From NCBI GenBank assembly GCA_964016885.1, contig OZ024759.1:25482001-25546000 (forward strand): a DNA stretch of 64,000 bases, given 5' to 3'. This document shows positions 1 to 13,981 of this stretch, piece after piece. This stretch comes from Eledone cirrhosa. Its lineage: Eukaryota. Position numbers and translations under genes: made by a program. The notes under the pieces were generated by a model, which had not been told where the DNA came from, searched no databases, and saw nothing but the letters and a program-made list of their open reading frames with translations. Positions within the stretch are counted from its first letter, which is position 1, and the number at the start of each line of letters is the position of its first letter.

Positions 1-218
1 TATATATATATATATATATATATATAAATACATACACACACATACACAAATATATATATATATATAAATACATACACACACATACACAAATATATATATA
101 TATTTTATGTGTGTAAATGAAGTATTTCCGTCAGAAAGGTACAGGAAAAAAGAGTGCTCTATGTAGGCTACAGAGCTTATTAGTTATGTAATAAACAACA
201 TAAGATAATTATTTAATT

Positions 219-267
219 TACCAGTGGTTTCTTGAAGACAGATGTTGTGTCTGTCTTCAGTCGTCAG
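219..267 (-). ncRNA. Hammerhead core inside inverted repeat 189-334
   Basis: CTGACGA-cTGAAGACAGA(CACAACA)TCTGTCTTCAa-GAAA-CC(ACT)GG-TA. Confidence 0.55.
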
Positions 268-366
268 ACACATCTGTCTTCAAGAAACCACTGGTAAATG
301 AAATAATTATCTTGTTATCTTATGTTGTTTATTATATATATATATGTGTGTGTGTGTGGTGTGTGT

Positions 367-526
<160 letters not shown>

Positions 527-1412
527 TAGAACAGGTTTTCTTTCGAACATGTTATATTGAAAATACGACAATGTTCCTATTTGACCAATTTTTATTGAGG
601 CATTTTGTATTTCTTCATAAGTTCTTAATATTGAATTTCGATGAACAGAGAAAAGAAAAAAAAGAAAAGAAATATATAAAGACAAACAACCCGAAAGATA
701 GGTGAACAAAAAAGAATTAAATAAGTACGGTTAGATCCTTAACGAAATCTTAAAATATATTATCTGTGATGGTGTTACACTCCTGCCAGATCAACAGTGA
801 TGACCCCTATGATAAGGATCTTTAGAACCAAATGACCCAGACATCCAACTGACAATTGTCTCCAAGACTTGCCAAGGCTCCAGTTTCTTCCTGCAACGCA
901 AACTTTCTTTCCCTTCATTCAATAAACATGCATACATCACCGTCATATATAGGAAGAAAAAAAAAACCTCCCCAAACAGTACTAATAAAAAATAAAATAA
1001 AATAAAAAATAACCTATCTCACTCCCCGGTTCGTATTTGCATGACCTTTTCTATAACTGTCTTATCTCTGTTTCGAAATGTCTTCATTGACAAGATTATT
1101 TTTTACTGAACTAGACGACATTCTTACTACAGCAGACGATATAGGTAGCCAACTACAGCAGACGATATAGCCAGGCTACAGCAGACGATATAGCCAACTA
1201 TTATCCTGGCCAGTCATGTCACTGACTATGTACATTAACTAAATGCTATTGCTATAAACACCTAACTCATTTCAGGTCGATCGGTTTTTCCTTGGCGTCT
1301 TTTATTCTTGTACTAGCTCTGACTTCTTTCTTTGGGCTGGCGACCATGCTGGGGCACTGCTATTAAAGTTCTTCTTTTGTTTGTTTTTTTTGTCGATCCT
1401 ATCTCTTGATAG

Positions 1413-1572
1413 CAGGCGGTGAATTGGCAGTGGTTAGAACGTCGGAGAAAATGTTTTGTAGTATTCGTTTCGGCTCTCTCCTCTCTGTGTTCAAATCCCG
1501 CCGAGGTCAACTTGCCTTTTATCCATTCGAGGTCGATAAAAAAACAGTATCAGTCTAGTACTGGGTCGATTC
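1413..1572 (+). mobile_element. tRNA-derived SINE (dominant family of the window)
   Basis: A-box-like ggcggtgaattggcag, B-box-like gttcaaatccc, core gcctt..atcc..ggtcgataaa..agt(a)cag. Confidence 0.75.
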
Positions 1573-2560
1573 TTCCTCTATATCCCTTTCTCACTTCCAT
1601 TCTTAACCCTCTCTATCCTTCGCTGAAAGAAGTGGTAGCAATATTAGTGGTGTTAACATGGTGGTAATGGTAGTAGTATTACTGGTGTTAACATGATGGT
1701 AATGGTAGTAGTATTACTGGTGTTAACATGATGGTAGTGGTAGTAGTATTAGTGGTGTTAACGTGGTGGTAATGGTAGTAGTAGTGGTAAGATGGGTGGC
1801 AGAAGCGACTCTAGTTGTGCCTTAACCAACAGAAATGTCTGTGGCAGCTGACACGCGGTACATACAATATGTTGCAGTCCTCCACTACCACCATCACCAC
1901 TACCATCAGCACCACCACTACCACCACCACCGCCTTACCTCTAGTCTCATCTCAACCCCCCCCCCCCCCCCAAATCACCACCACCTCGCCTCGAGTCCCC
2001 CACCACCACCTTCACCATCAGCATCATCACCACCTCGCCTCCTCCACCCACTCTTCCACCACCACCACAACCACCACTCGGCCTCTAGTCTCACCACCAT
2101 CGCCCACCATCATCATCAACACCTCACCTCCTCCACCCTCTCTTCCACTACCACCACCACCACCTCATCATCACCACTCTCCCTTCCAGCACCACCACCA
2201 CCATCATCGCCACCACTACCCCACCATCATCACCACCACCTCGCCTCTAATCCCCCATTACCACCATCACCACCACAACCCTAGTCTCGCCGTAATGTCT
2301 ACGTCTACCATCTTTATTTATCATGTCCTCTTCATCATACATCTCCCAACCCCGACATCAAGTCAGCCATTTTTGTTGTTGTTGCTGTTCTTTTTTTAAG
2401 GCAATTTAGATCCCCCCTCTCTCTCTTAGTCTCTCTCTTTCTTTTTTATTTATTTATTTTGTGTGTTTTTTATTGTTATTGCTTTGTTTGGTTTGGTTTG
2501 GTTAGTCTATTAATTTCCCCTCCCTCTCTTTAAGGAAAGGGTTTCTACACATACACACAC

Positions 2561-2594
<34 letters not shown>

Positions 2595-2657
2595 CCAGAC
2601 ACACACATATATATATACATACATACAGACATATATATATACATATAGATATATATA

Positions 2658-2746
<89 letters not shown>

Positions 2747-2763
2747 TTATATACATATCACAG

Positions 2764-2845
<82 letters not shown>

Positions 2846-2938
2846 AGAGAGGGAGAGAATGTGGGGAGAGAGAGATAGAGAGTGTGGAAGGAGAGACAGA
2901 CACAGAAAAGGAGTGTGTGAAAGAGAGAGGGAGAGAGG

Positions 2939-3007
<69 letters not shown>

Positions 3008-3199
3008 TGTGAGAGAGAGAGAGAGAAATATTCTGTCTACAGCAATCCTAAAGAACCAATCCCTGCCAGTTCTGTTTGACATTTATATTCCAAACAAGCC
3101 ATCTAAATATGTCTGCCACGATACTCCTGTTTCTCTATTGATCCGATTTGAACGCAAACACACTCATTTGGGCTTTAACACATTCACAACCAACTAGAT

Positions 3200-3832
3200 A
3201 ATAATGGTTTCTTATATAGGCACAATGCCAGCAATTTTGGGAGAGGGGAAAGTCGATTAAATCGACCCCAGTGCGTGACTGGTACTTTATTTTATAGACC
3301 CCGAAAGGATGAAAGGCAAAGTTAACCTCGGCGAGATTTGAACTCAGACCATAAAGGGCTGTAACTCTATGCAGCAAAGCATGGCATCCGACCCTCATCC
3401 GTTACATAATGGTTTCTGATTTAGGCACAAAGCCAGCAATTTTGGGGGAGAGGGGGAGAAGTCGATTAAATCAACCCCACTACCTTATTTTATCGAGCCC
3501 GTAATGATGAAAGGCAAAGTTAATCTCGGTGGGATTTGAACTAAAGCCATAAAAGGCCATGACTTTATGCTGCTAAGCATAGTGTCCGACGCTCTAACGA
3601 TACTACCAATCCACCACCCTTGTTTCTGATTTAGGCAAAAGGCCAACTGTTTTGAGGGAGAAGTCGATTAAATCAACTCCAGTGTATTACTGGTGCTTTA
3701 TTTTATCGACCCCGCAAGGATGAAAGATAAAGCTTTCCTCGGCGGGATTTGAACTCAGAATGTAAAGGGCCGTAACGCTATGCGACAAAGCATGTTGCCC
3801 GATGCTCTACCGATTCTGCCAACCCACTGCTT
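3200..3832 (-). mobile_element. Three tandem copies of the dominant SINE
   Basis: Repeated ctggtactttattttatcgacccc..aggatgaaaggcaaagttaacctcggcgggatttgaactc. Confidence 0.85.
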
Positions 3833-4446
3833 TTACAATACATTAATGGTGCTTAATTTTATCATAATAATAAACACAGACACAGAAAATAGTTCTCATT
3901 TTACGAGGTTATAAATATCTCAACTATTATAATATTCTACAACGAGAACCGAAATCGAACACATGCTCTATTGTTGGCACAACCTTTATATTATTTAAAC
4001 ATTATTAACGGCTATATAAATATTTTATAATAAGTGTTATATATATAATGGGTCTGGTTGGTGTAGATTATTACGTAATGGAGTCTTAGTCACTGCAGTT
4101 AATAATAGATACTGTTTATTGTCTATTCTTATACAGAAACTGCGTAATATGACGGCTACGTTTGGTTTGAAAATGTCTGTTTCCCCCATACTCATATCCA
4201 GAGCGAGTTGGTGGTCGGGTTTACGAACTTTGAGTCAGGAAATACGGATGATGTTTGATATAGGAATTATAGATGATGTCTTGGACTTAGTATAGATATT
4301 TAGTTTGCAATTAGCTTTGTTTTAATGAATATATTAATTACGAGTTCATGTATATATATATATACTTTATGGTATGCGTTTCAATCAAGGAAGAGTAGTA
4401 AAATGAGCACTGTGGCGACAAAAGAACGTAAATATATATATATATA

Positions 4447-4650
4447 TAGGAACGAGTAGGACCCCGACGGCTGAGCTCAAGCCGTTTCGACGGCTAATTC
4501 TGGACTAAAAAGTCCAGAATTAGCCGTCGAAACGGCTTGAGCTCAGCCGTCGGGGTCCTATTCGTTCCTATTACCCACTCTACTACTCTAAGTATTGAGT
4601 ACTTTGGTGCGTTATGGTCAATCTGGTTCGTTACCACATTTCCTTCGTTA
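4447..4650 (+). mobile_element. TA-inserted hairpin element (60-bp arms, AAAA loop) plus 80-nt tail, with the 3' half of a hammerhead
   Basis: Arms 4447-4506 and 4511-4570. GAAA-CGGCT(TGAGCTC)AGCCG-TC at 4529-4551. Family members at 19745-19865, 26990-27090, 39537-39665 and 60920-61040. Confidence 0.7.
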
Positions 4651-4651
4651 G

Positions 4652-4687
<36 letters not shown>

Positions 4688-4730
4688 GTGTGTGTGTGTT
4701 TATATATATATGTATATATATATATGTATG

Positions 4731-4800
<70 letters not shown>

Positions 4801-5624
4801 CTAGCCCTTTTAGTACAAATCATTTATAGAGTTAACATTTTGATTTCCAGTCTGCCACGTTTTATGAATCGTTTAACTTATGTGGCATAATACGTGGTTC
4901 ATTGGAATAGGATCCTATGTTCTAAAGGTAATGGTAGTGGTGGTGGTGGTGGTTATGGTGATCTGGTATTGGGGTGGTGATTGTTATTGTGATGATGGTG
5001 GTGATGGGGTGGATGAGGGTATACAAAAGAAGCTCGGTGGAGGGTGGGGTGTACAGTAAAAGTTGATCTGTAATGAGATATTAACTAACAATCAAATGAT
5101 ACATACAAGTAACAATTAACAATAGTTCCCCCCGCCCGCTCCACTACACGTGGCCGCCCTGTGTTTACTGTAAAATCTATGACAACTCACGATATTTTTT
5201 TTCCAATCTCAAACGAGTCACTGCCAAAAATCAATTTGATTACGTTTACAGGATTTTTTTTTCCTTTTCTGTTGGTGACAGATGTTGTGGCTGCCATTGG
5301 AGAACTAACTACCTCCGTGGCATCATTATTCGGTCAATCAACAGAAATATTAGCCACGTTAAGAACTAAACTCTGCCATATATTTAGATAACACACTCTC
5401 AAGCAGGTTCTTTCTGATCATTGTGTGGAAGTTCTCTACTTAAGGTAAGACCTTTCTGCTCTCAGACATTGTCTTTTTTTTTTGTTTTTGCTTTATTAGG
5501 TCTTGTTTTTTGTTGTTGTTGTTGTTGTTGTTGTCGCTATTATTATTGTTGTCGGGAAAGGCTAGAATCTGTAGAATACCAAATAAAAATAAAATTCTTT
5601 GTGGCTTTTAGTTAATATTTTCTA

Positions 5625-5900
5625 AGTTATGCGTTCTGCGTTCAAATTCGACTGAGATAAACTTTCAATTTTGCCTTTCATCCTTCTGGAGGATTGATAA
5701 AATAAGTACCAGTTATATATTGGGGTTGATATAATAAAGCATCAAACAAAATTCTTTGGGGCATTAAGACGTTCAACTTTCTACATTCTGCGTTCAAATT
5801 CTGTCTAGGAGAGCAACTTTCAACTTTGCCTTTCATCCTTCCAGAAGTTGATAAAATAAAGTACCAGTTATCTACGGTGGGTTGATATAATAAGGCATCA
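5625..5900 (+). mobile_element. Two partial SINE copies (local duplication)
   Basis: ttctgcgttcaaattc...gcctttcatccttc...gataaaata.agtaccagtta occurs twice. Confidence 0.7.
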
Positions 5901-6144
5901 AACAAAATTCGGAAAAATGTTGTCAGTGGCCGCTATGAGGAATCGAACCTCGTATATCTCAGTGTCTTTACCCATTTTCTAAGATATTTATAGCAATCGA
6001 TTGTATTTACTGTTATTTTCCTACATCTGAGCATATTACATTTTTGTTATGTTCTTTATAACTCTCTCAGAGATTCGTAAGTTCGAATTTGGCATATTTT
6101 CATACGATATTTGTTTCAACATATGTATATCGATTGTTGTATGT

Positions 6145-6995
6145 ATGGCTTCGTAACTCCCGGTGGAGTTTGGAGACACCGTAATGACCGTAATGAGTTT
6201 CTTGGGAATTTTTAAGCCTAGCCGAGCTCATCTCCTCTCTCCAGGTCTGAACACATCAGATTTTTTCCAGAAAAGGATAGAAAGGGAGAAAGATATATAT
6301 GGTATGGCATGGTATCGTCCCGTAACTTCTGGAGTCGTAGTGACATACAGCGTTTCTTGGGTATCTTAAAACTTGGCGGAGCCCATCTCTTCTTCAGGTA
6401 TGAACACAGTAGATTTATTCCAGAGAAGAATAGAAAAAGTGAGAGAGGGGAAGTGAGAAAAAGATATTAAGAAAGAACCGACTCCACAACTAAACAGTAC
6501 TTTATTTTATCGACCTCGAAAGGGTGAAAGGCAAAGTTGACTTCGGTGGGATTTGAACTGAGAAAGCAGAGAGTCAGAACGAATACATAAAACCATTCTA
6601 TCCGACGTTCTTACGGCTTTGTCAATTCGCCGCCTTTATCGATTGTTTTGTTTTTTTTATCTCGTAAAACATGAGAGAGAGTCTTAGGGGTGACGTATTC
6701 ACACACAGCGCTTCTAGGGTATTTTCTTAACCTGGCGGAGCCAATCCCTCTCCAGGTTTGAACACAGCAGATTTCTTCTAGAGAAGAAAAGAGAAAGTGA
6801 GAGAGAGGAAATGAGAAAGAGATATAAAGGAAGAACCGACCCCACTACTAAAGAGTACTTTTTTAATCTACCTCGAAAGGATGAAAGGCAAAGTTGACTT
6901 CAGTGGGATTTAAACTCAGAGAGCAGAGAGTCAGAACGAATGCAGAAAAGCATTTTATTCAACTTTCTAACGACTCTGTCAATCGATTTTTATCG
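6145..6995 (-). repeat. Tandemly duplicated composite repeat that includes SINE segments
   Basis: 6330-6640 is similar to 6690-6995. SINE core at 6495-6640 and 6855-6985. Related sequence in the opposite orientation at 9830-10170. Confidence 0.65.
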
Positions 6996-7488
6996 ATTGT
7001 TATGAATCGAAAAATAAATCTCAGAACAAACATAACAGCGATAAAGTAATCAAAGTAGATATTTAACTTTAAACAACTTTAATACCTTGTTTTTTGTATC
7101 GATCTTCTGTTGTATTAGTCTAAATATACATTCAGATGTGAAGAGTTGTGTTAATAGGGCGTGTTCGATCTTCAGTTATATTTGTTCATATATATGTTTA
7201 GGATGTGGAGGGGTGTGTTTAACGATTATGCATATTGTACACAACTTGACATCTGTGGCAACGTCTACGTTGGCAAGCCTGGGTAACATGTGTTAAGCTT
7301 TGTTATGAGAGCCTAACCCAGCCACCACCGTCACCCTACAACTGCACTTCTGTGATTTTCCTATCTGCCTGCCTGTTTATCCGTAACGTGGCCAAATCTG
7401 TGTGTGTATGTGTGTGCACTTATGTATATACCTATGGGTATATATAAGTATACTCTCACACGTATATTTACTTATATACATATATGCA

Positions 7489-7546
<58 letters not shown>

Positions 7547-7631
7547 AGTGGAAATTTAGTAAAATCGAATCTCTGGCGGTTTGCAAGCAAATTCGGCCTA
7601 CTTATATATATATATACATACATATATATAC

Positions 7632-7704
<73 letters not shown>

Positions 7705-7874
7705 TATGTATATATATATGTATATAAATATATGTTTATATATATGTATACATATATGTATATATACATACATATATATATATAAATATGTATATATATG
7801 TGTACATATATATATACATGTATATATATGTATATATATGTGTATATGTATATATATATGTATATGTGTATATG

Positions 7875-7909
<35 letters not shown>

Positions 7910-8147
7910 GTATATATGTGTATATATATGTATATATATATATATATATGTATGTGTATATATGTATATGTATATTTATGTATATATGTATATATATTTA
8001 TATATATATATGTCTATAATATATATATCTATATTTATGCATATATATATTTATATATGTGTGTTTGTGTATTTCTTTGTGTGTGTGTGTGTGTGTGTGT
8101 GTATTCGTATGTAGTTGACTGCTGAGATAAGCAGGCGAAACTCCACT

Positions 8148-8228
8148 GTAACATGACTCACAATTTAGCCTTAATAAAATGAATATATATATATTCATTT
8201 TATTAAGGCTAAATTGTGAGTCATGTTA

Positions 8229-8229
<1 letters not shown>
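8148..8229. repeat. Perfect palindrome centred on a short TA tract, preceded by a GAAAC...GTA half-hammerhead
   Basis: gtaacatgactcacaatttagccttaataaaatgaatatat followed by its reverse complement. Confidence 0.7.
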
Positions 8230-8306
<77 letters not shown>

Positions 8307-8414
8307 ATAATAATAAATTTGAAGACTAAAACCATAAGAGGGCTCGATAGATATATATTGCAAACGCTTTATAAATTTCTTTTTTCTTTCGTCTTTTCTT
8401 TTTCAGATTTCAAA

Positions 8415-9101
8415 ATGAACAACATTTTAATGAATTCCTTAATGTCATTACTGTTGCTGGTGGTGGTGAGTGTTTGCCAGGCGACGGAAGAGCAATCCAA
8501 CTACACTGTTACCGAGCATGCATGGTTTGTTGTCGAAATCAAGAACTATGATGGTCCAGGTGAAGACTATACAGGAAAATTTGTTATTGGTTTATTTGGA
8601 GACACCGTTCCTATGACAGTGATGAACTTTGCCCAAATCGCCAAGGGTTACACTAGTGGCTCACAGAAATTACGCTACAAGAACAGCAACATTCACAGAA
8701 TTGTAACAGATTTTGTCATTCAAATGGGAGACATCACCGCTGGCGATGGTACAGGAGGGCGAAGTATTTTCGGCGAGAAGTTCAACGATGAAAATTTCAT
8801 TATAAGCCACAAAGCGGCTGGTTATGTTTCAATGGCGAATCATGGGCCCGACACAAACGGCTCCCAGTTCTTTATTTTGCTTAATTCAGCCAGATGGCTC
8901 GACTCTAAACATGTTGTGTTTGGTAAAGTAATTGAAGGGATGGATACAATTAAAAAACTTGGAAATGTTGTTGCTGATGGAAGGACTGGTGTGCCCAAGA
9001 AACGGGTTAAAATAGTAGACTGTGGTGTAGAAACCTTAGACAAAAAATATTCTTTAACAGAGGAAGAAATTCATTCTGACTCCGATATTAACACACATTG
9101 A
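8415..9101 (+). CDS. Secretory-pathway cyclophilin-type peptidyl-prolyl cis-trans isomerase (cyclophilin B-like), 228 aa, single coding exon
   Basis: ATG at 8415 follows a pyrimidine tract and CAG acceptor (AG at 8405-8406). Hydrophobic signal peptide (MSLLLLVVVSVCQA). Cyclophilin motifs GLFGDTVPMTVMNF, HRIVTDFVIQMGD, GTGGRSIFGEKFNDENF, SMANHGPDTNGSQFFI, WLDSKHVVFGKVIEGMD. Confidence 0.95.
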   Translation: MNNILMNSLMSLLLLVVVSVCQATEEQSNYTVTEHAWFVVEIKNYDGPGEDYTGKFVIGLFGDTVPMTVMNFAQIAKGYTSGSQKLRYKNSNIHRIVTDFVIQMGDITAGDGTGGRSIFGEKFNDENFIISHKAAGYVSMANHGPDTNGSQFFILLNSARWLDSKHVVFGKVIEGMDTIKKLGNVVADGRTGVPKKRVKIVDCGVETLDKKYSLTEEEIHSDSDINTH

Positions 9102-9102
9102 A

Positions 9103-9350
9103 AAAAATCTATCTAGACTTTAAGAAAGTCAATCTAGACTTAAAAAAAAAATTCTATCTAAACCTTTAAAAAAAAATCTATCTAGAAATTAAACAAGAAC
9201 ATCTATATAGACTTTAAAAACAATCTAGACATTAAACACGTCAATCTAGACCTTTAAAAAATCTATCTAGACATTAAAATCAAGACATTAAAAAAAGAAT
9301 CTATCTAGATATTTAAAAAAATCAATTTATACATTAAAAATATCAATCTA
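9103..9350 (+). repeat. Degenerate 20-30 bp tandem repeat in the cyclophilin 3' UTR
   Basis: About 10 units of aaaaa(tcta)tctagac(t/a)tt. Confidence 0.7.
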
Positions 9351-10473
9351 GCATTTATTTATATGTTTATATATCACGTAATTTGTATCTTTTGCATTTG
9401 TTAAAAGTTCTTGGGAATTAACCACGTCTTCTAAAAGCTTGTATCTATATTTTCTAACACACAACAAGCCAGAATAATTAAATACCAAGCTTCAACGTTG
9501 CGCTATTTGTCTTTTTTTTTCATAATTATTTTGTTGTTTGTTTTCTTTTATTACCTATCTAAATCTTTTCAACATATACTTCTTCAACATATACTTCTCT
9601 TCACCCTCCCTCCCACAATTTTCACCACCTGGAATCTTTCTCCTTTGTTCTATATTAATACAAAAAGGGTTTCCGCACAGTTTCCGACTTCCAGATTCCA
9701 ATCGCAAGGTGATTATATACCACTCCCACAAGAAATAATTGCTTGGTACATTTTAAATGCTTGAAGAAGAGAAACAAGTGTATATTTATAGCATTTAACC
9801 TTTTAACTAATTCATATACACGCATAAATAAGGCGGCAAATTGTCAGAGTCGTTAGAAAATTAGATAGAATGCTTTGCGGCGTTCGTAACAATACTCTGA
9901 TCTCTAAGTTCAAATCCCGCCAAGGGCAACTTTGCTGTTCATTAAATCAAGAACCATAAAGAAAGTACCAGTCTAGTACTGGGGTTACATCTTCCCCTAT
10001 AACAATTTCTCACTTCCATTCTCTCACCCTCTATCCTTGTCTGGAAGAAATTGTGAGTGTTTAGAGCTGTAGAGGAGATGGGTTCCGCCAGGTATAAAAT
10101 GCCCCAAAACACGCCATAGGTTAAGATAGCGTCCTTACGATTCCGTCAGGGGTAACGACTCCAAACATGTACACTTACAAATACACACACACACGCACAC
10201 ACATACATATATACATATACATACACATATAGATATACATAGATTTACATGTATATATATATATATATATATATAAATATGTATATATATATATAAATAT
10301 ATTTATATATATGTATATATATATATATATATGTATATGTATATGTGTGTGTGTATGTATATGTAATTATGTATATGTATGTATATGTATATATGTATAT
10401 ATATGTATATATATGTATATGTATGTATATATGTATATGTACGTATGTATATGTATGTATATGTATGTATGTC

Positions 10474-10508
<35 letters not shown>

Positions 10509-10606
10509 GTATGTCTATATATATATATGTATATATATGTATGTATATATATATATGTGTATATATATATATATTAATATGTATATATATATGTATATGT
10601 ATATGT

Positions 10607-10676
<70 letters not shown>

Positions 10677-11184
10677 GTATATACATATATATATATATAT
10701 ATCAATATATATATATATATATATATAATATGTATATAAATGTTTATATGTATATAATTAATTTGTGTGTTATAATCAATAAAGAATTTTATTGGAGAAA
10801 ACGTCGAGGTGATAAGATTTGATGAGGCCATCCATCTTTCACGACTGCTTCACTTTCTTCACTTCAATGGAGCTTTCATTAGGAATATGGCGGAGATAAG
10901 AGCAGACGACAAGCATTTCATTCTACAGCCATTGCAGCCGACATAGTCCCTAAGTAAAACAGTCATCAATTTGTTGAGGAAGAAAATGGAACAACCTTTG
11001 ACCCAGTTCTTGTCAAATAGTTCTACTGTTTACTATTTACTAACACTGTAAAGAATTGATTGATATGTACGTGTACACGACACAAACAGACGTCTTAATG
11101 CTTGCTTACGTATGGGCATTAGAACATATAACACCTACACGAAACACATAAATGCATGTATATGAATATATGTATATATACGTT

Positions 11185-11265
<81 letters not shown>

Positions 11266-11327
11266 ATGTGTATACATGTACATATGTAGATATGTATATA
11301 TTGACATATAGATGCATATATATATAT

Positions 11328-11361
<34 letters not shown>

Positions 11362-11454
11362 GTTATTCCGGGTTGAGTCGGAGGTAACCACAGTAAGTAA
11401 GGTACTCAATACATTGCAGAGTATAAAAGTTTTAATATAGATGAGATTCTACAG

Positions 11455-11528
11455 GACTAGAACTGTTTCATTCTTTAGAAATCATCAGTGATTCCTGATG
11501 ATTTCTAAAGAATGAAACAGTTCTAGTC
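11455..11528. ncRNA. Back-to-back hammerhead cores on both strands (11495-11528 +, 11455-11488 -)
   Basis: CTGATGA-TTTC(TAAA)GAAT-GAAA-C(AGTTCTA)GTC. Stem I is lost at the inversion junction. Confidence 0.6.
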
Positions 11529-11554
11529 CTGTAGAATCTCATCTATATTAAAAC

Positions 11555-11821
<267 letters not shown>

Positions 11822-11880
11822 ATATATATTTATTTATATATATATATATATATTTATTTATATATATATATATATTTATT

Positions 11881-11963
<83 letters not shown>

Positions 11964-11976
11964 TTATATATATATA

Positions 11977-12119
<143 letters not shown>

Positions 12120-12381
12120 AAACACACATATGAATACAAAACACATATATTGTTATACTTTGGGAGGGTCATGCTACCAATAAAAACAGAGGCATATGCA
12201 AGTTTTCACTTCAATTTATTATAAATTGCTGGTCGTTTCGATAACTGGAAGGTTGTTTATATATTATCAATGCTCTTTCGTCACACATTCTATGACCTCA
12301 GTGACTAGGTTTTTATTATTTTGTGTCTCTCCTTTATTCTGTCCTACACAAGCTTGTTTTGATATATGTATATATCCATAA

Positions 12382-12421
<40 letters not shown>

Positions 12422-12719
12422 GAGAAAAACCACACACCCTCCATCTGAACTCTACTTTTGAAAAACAGAAAAACTGCGAAACCGGTAAAGGAACCAAATA
12501 AATATATATATATTTTTTTAAATAAGACTCCAGGTGCATTTTCGATTTCATCTTTTTTTCTTCATACATACATATATATATATATATATATTTGTATATA
12601 TGTATATACCTATATATATAGATGTATATATGTATATATATATTTTATGTCGATCGATTTTCGTCAAATCGGACCGTTGGTCTTTCCAATTTCTAATACT
12701 ATCTATTGGTCGCAACTCC

Positions 12720-12843
12720 AGGTAGAAGGAGCAACGTGAAATAAAGTGTATTGCTCAAGGACATAATGCATCACCCGGTCCGGGAATCAAACCGACAACC
12801 CCACGATTGTGAATCCAGTTCTCTAACCAACCAGCCACACGCC

Positions 12844-12846
<3 letters not shown>
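12720..12846 (-). mobile_element. Second tRNA-derived SINE family (tRNA head plus CORE/V-like domain)
   Basis: Minus strand gcgtgtggctggttggttagag...ggtttgattcccggacc...tgtccttgagcaatacacttt. Confidence 0.65.
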
Positions 12847-12907
<61 letters not shown>

Positions 12908-13004
12908 AGAGCTGTCAACATGAATGGACCTGTTATTTTTATCTAAAGACATTTTTTCCAATTCCAACCCGCCCGTCCCTCCATCTATTTTATTTCTCAT
13001 TCTT

Positions 13005-13040
13005 TCTTCTGATGAAGGACTAGCGTCCGAAACGTTAAGA
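13005..13040 (+). ncRNA. Minimal type I hammerhead ribozyme motif (Penelope-like type)
   Basis: TCTT-CTGATGA-A-GGAC(TAGC)GTCC-GAAA-CG-TT-AAGA. Stem I is TCTT/AAGA and stem III is the loopless palindrome AACGTT. Confidence 0.8.
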
Positions 13041-13121
13041 CCCTCTTCCTGCTATAACAAGCGTTAACCTAATATATACCTTTCATATACTGTACCGATT
13101 GTGTTGTTATTTCTGTTTACC

Positions 13122-13212
<91 letters not shown>

Positions 13213-13479
13213 TACACATTATATATGTGTATATATTTATTATTTATAATATATATAGAAAAGAATCGTTAAGGATATTTGAACCAACATGACATAGTTG
13301 AATTATAACAAATAGTCCTAGACGGAGAAAGAAAACATTGATTCAAGAGAAAGTTTAAAATGTAATTTTATTAATTCAGATTTTTTTCTCATATTTTCAT
13401 TTTTCTCATTTTTATATATTAAATTGGGAAGAAAACAAATCAAATATAAAGAATATAATTGAATAATAATAATAATAAT

Positions 13480-13584
<105 letters not shown>

Positions 13585-13904
13585 TCCAGTGGTGGTGGTG
13601 GTAGTTAAAGCTTTATGTTCCAGGTTTGAAGGTTTCGGAGAACTTTTGTTTCTGATGAGGTGCGTAGGTGTTTGTGTTTGGTGGTTCACCTCCCTGAGAT
13701 GGCACATCCACCGCTGCAATTTCTCAAAATACTTTGAACTTTCCAACACTCTTCATATATATATATATAAAATATTCACCACCTTCAACATCAGTTATAT
13801 AACCTATCTTCTTACTCATTCTCCCAGTGATATGAGCGCGAAAAAAAAATAGTTTGTTGAATTTAAACAAAAGATTTTTATTATTATCATCATCATCATC
13901 ATCA

Positions 13905-13981
<77 letters not shown>

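Noticed and set aside
1815-2399. His/Pro/Thr-rich ORFs (also 62865-63632, poly-Asp 25938-26201 and poly-Met/Ser 55663-56027)
   Set aside because: Degenerate (CAC)n, (GAT)n and (CAT)n trinucleotide repeats.
4447-4570. miRNA precursor or MITE interpretation of the hairpins
   Set aside because: The arms vary at the centre between copies, carry an asymmetric tail and contain hammerhead motifs, which fits inverted retro-insertions better than TIR elements or miRNAs.
8223-8414. N-terminal extension of the cyclophilin ORF
   Set aside because: It runs through (TA)n and a repeat tail, and a splice acceptor precedes the ATG at 8415.
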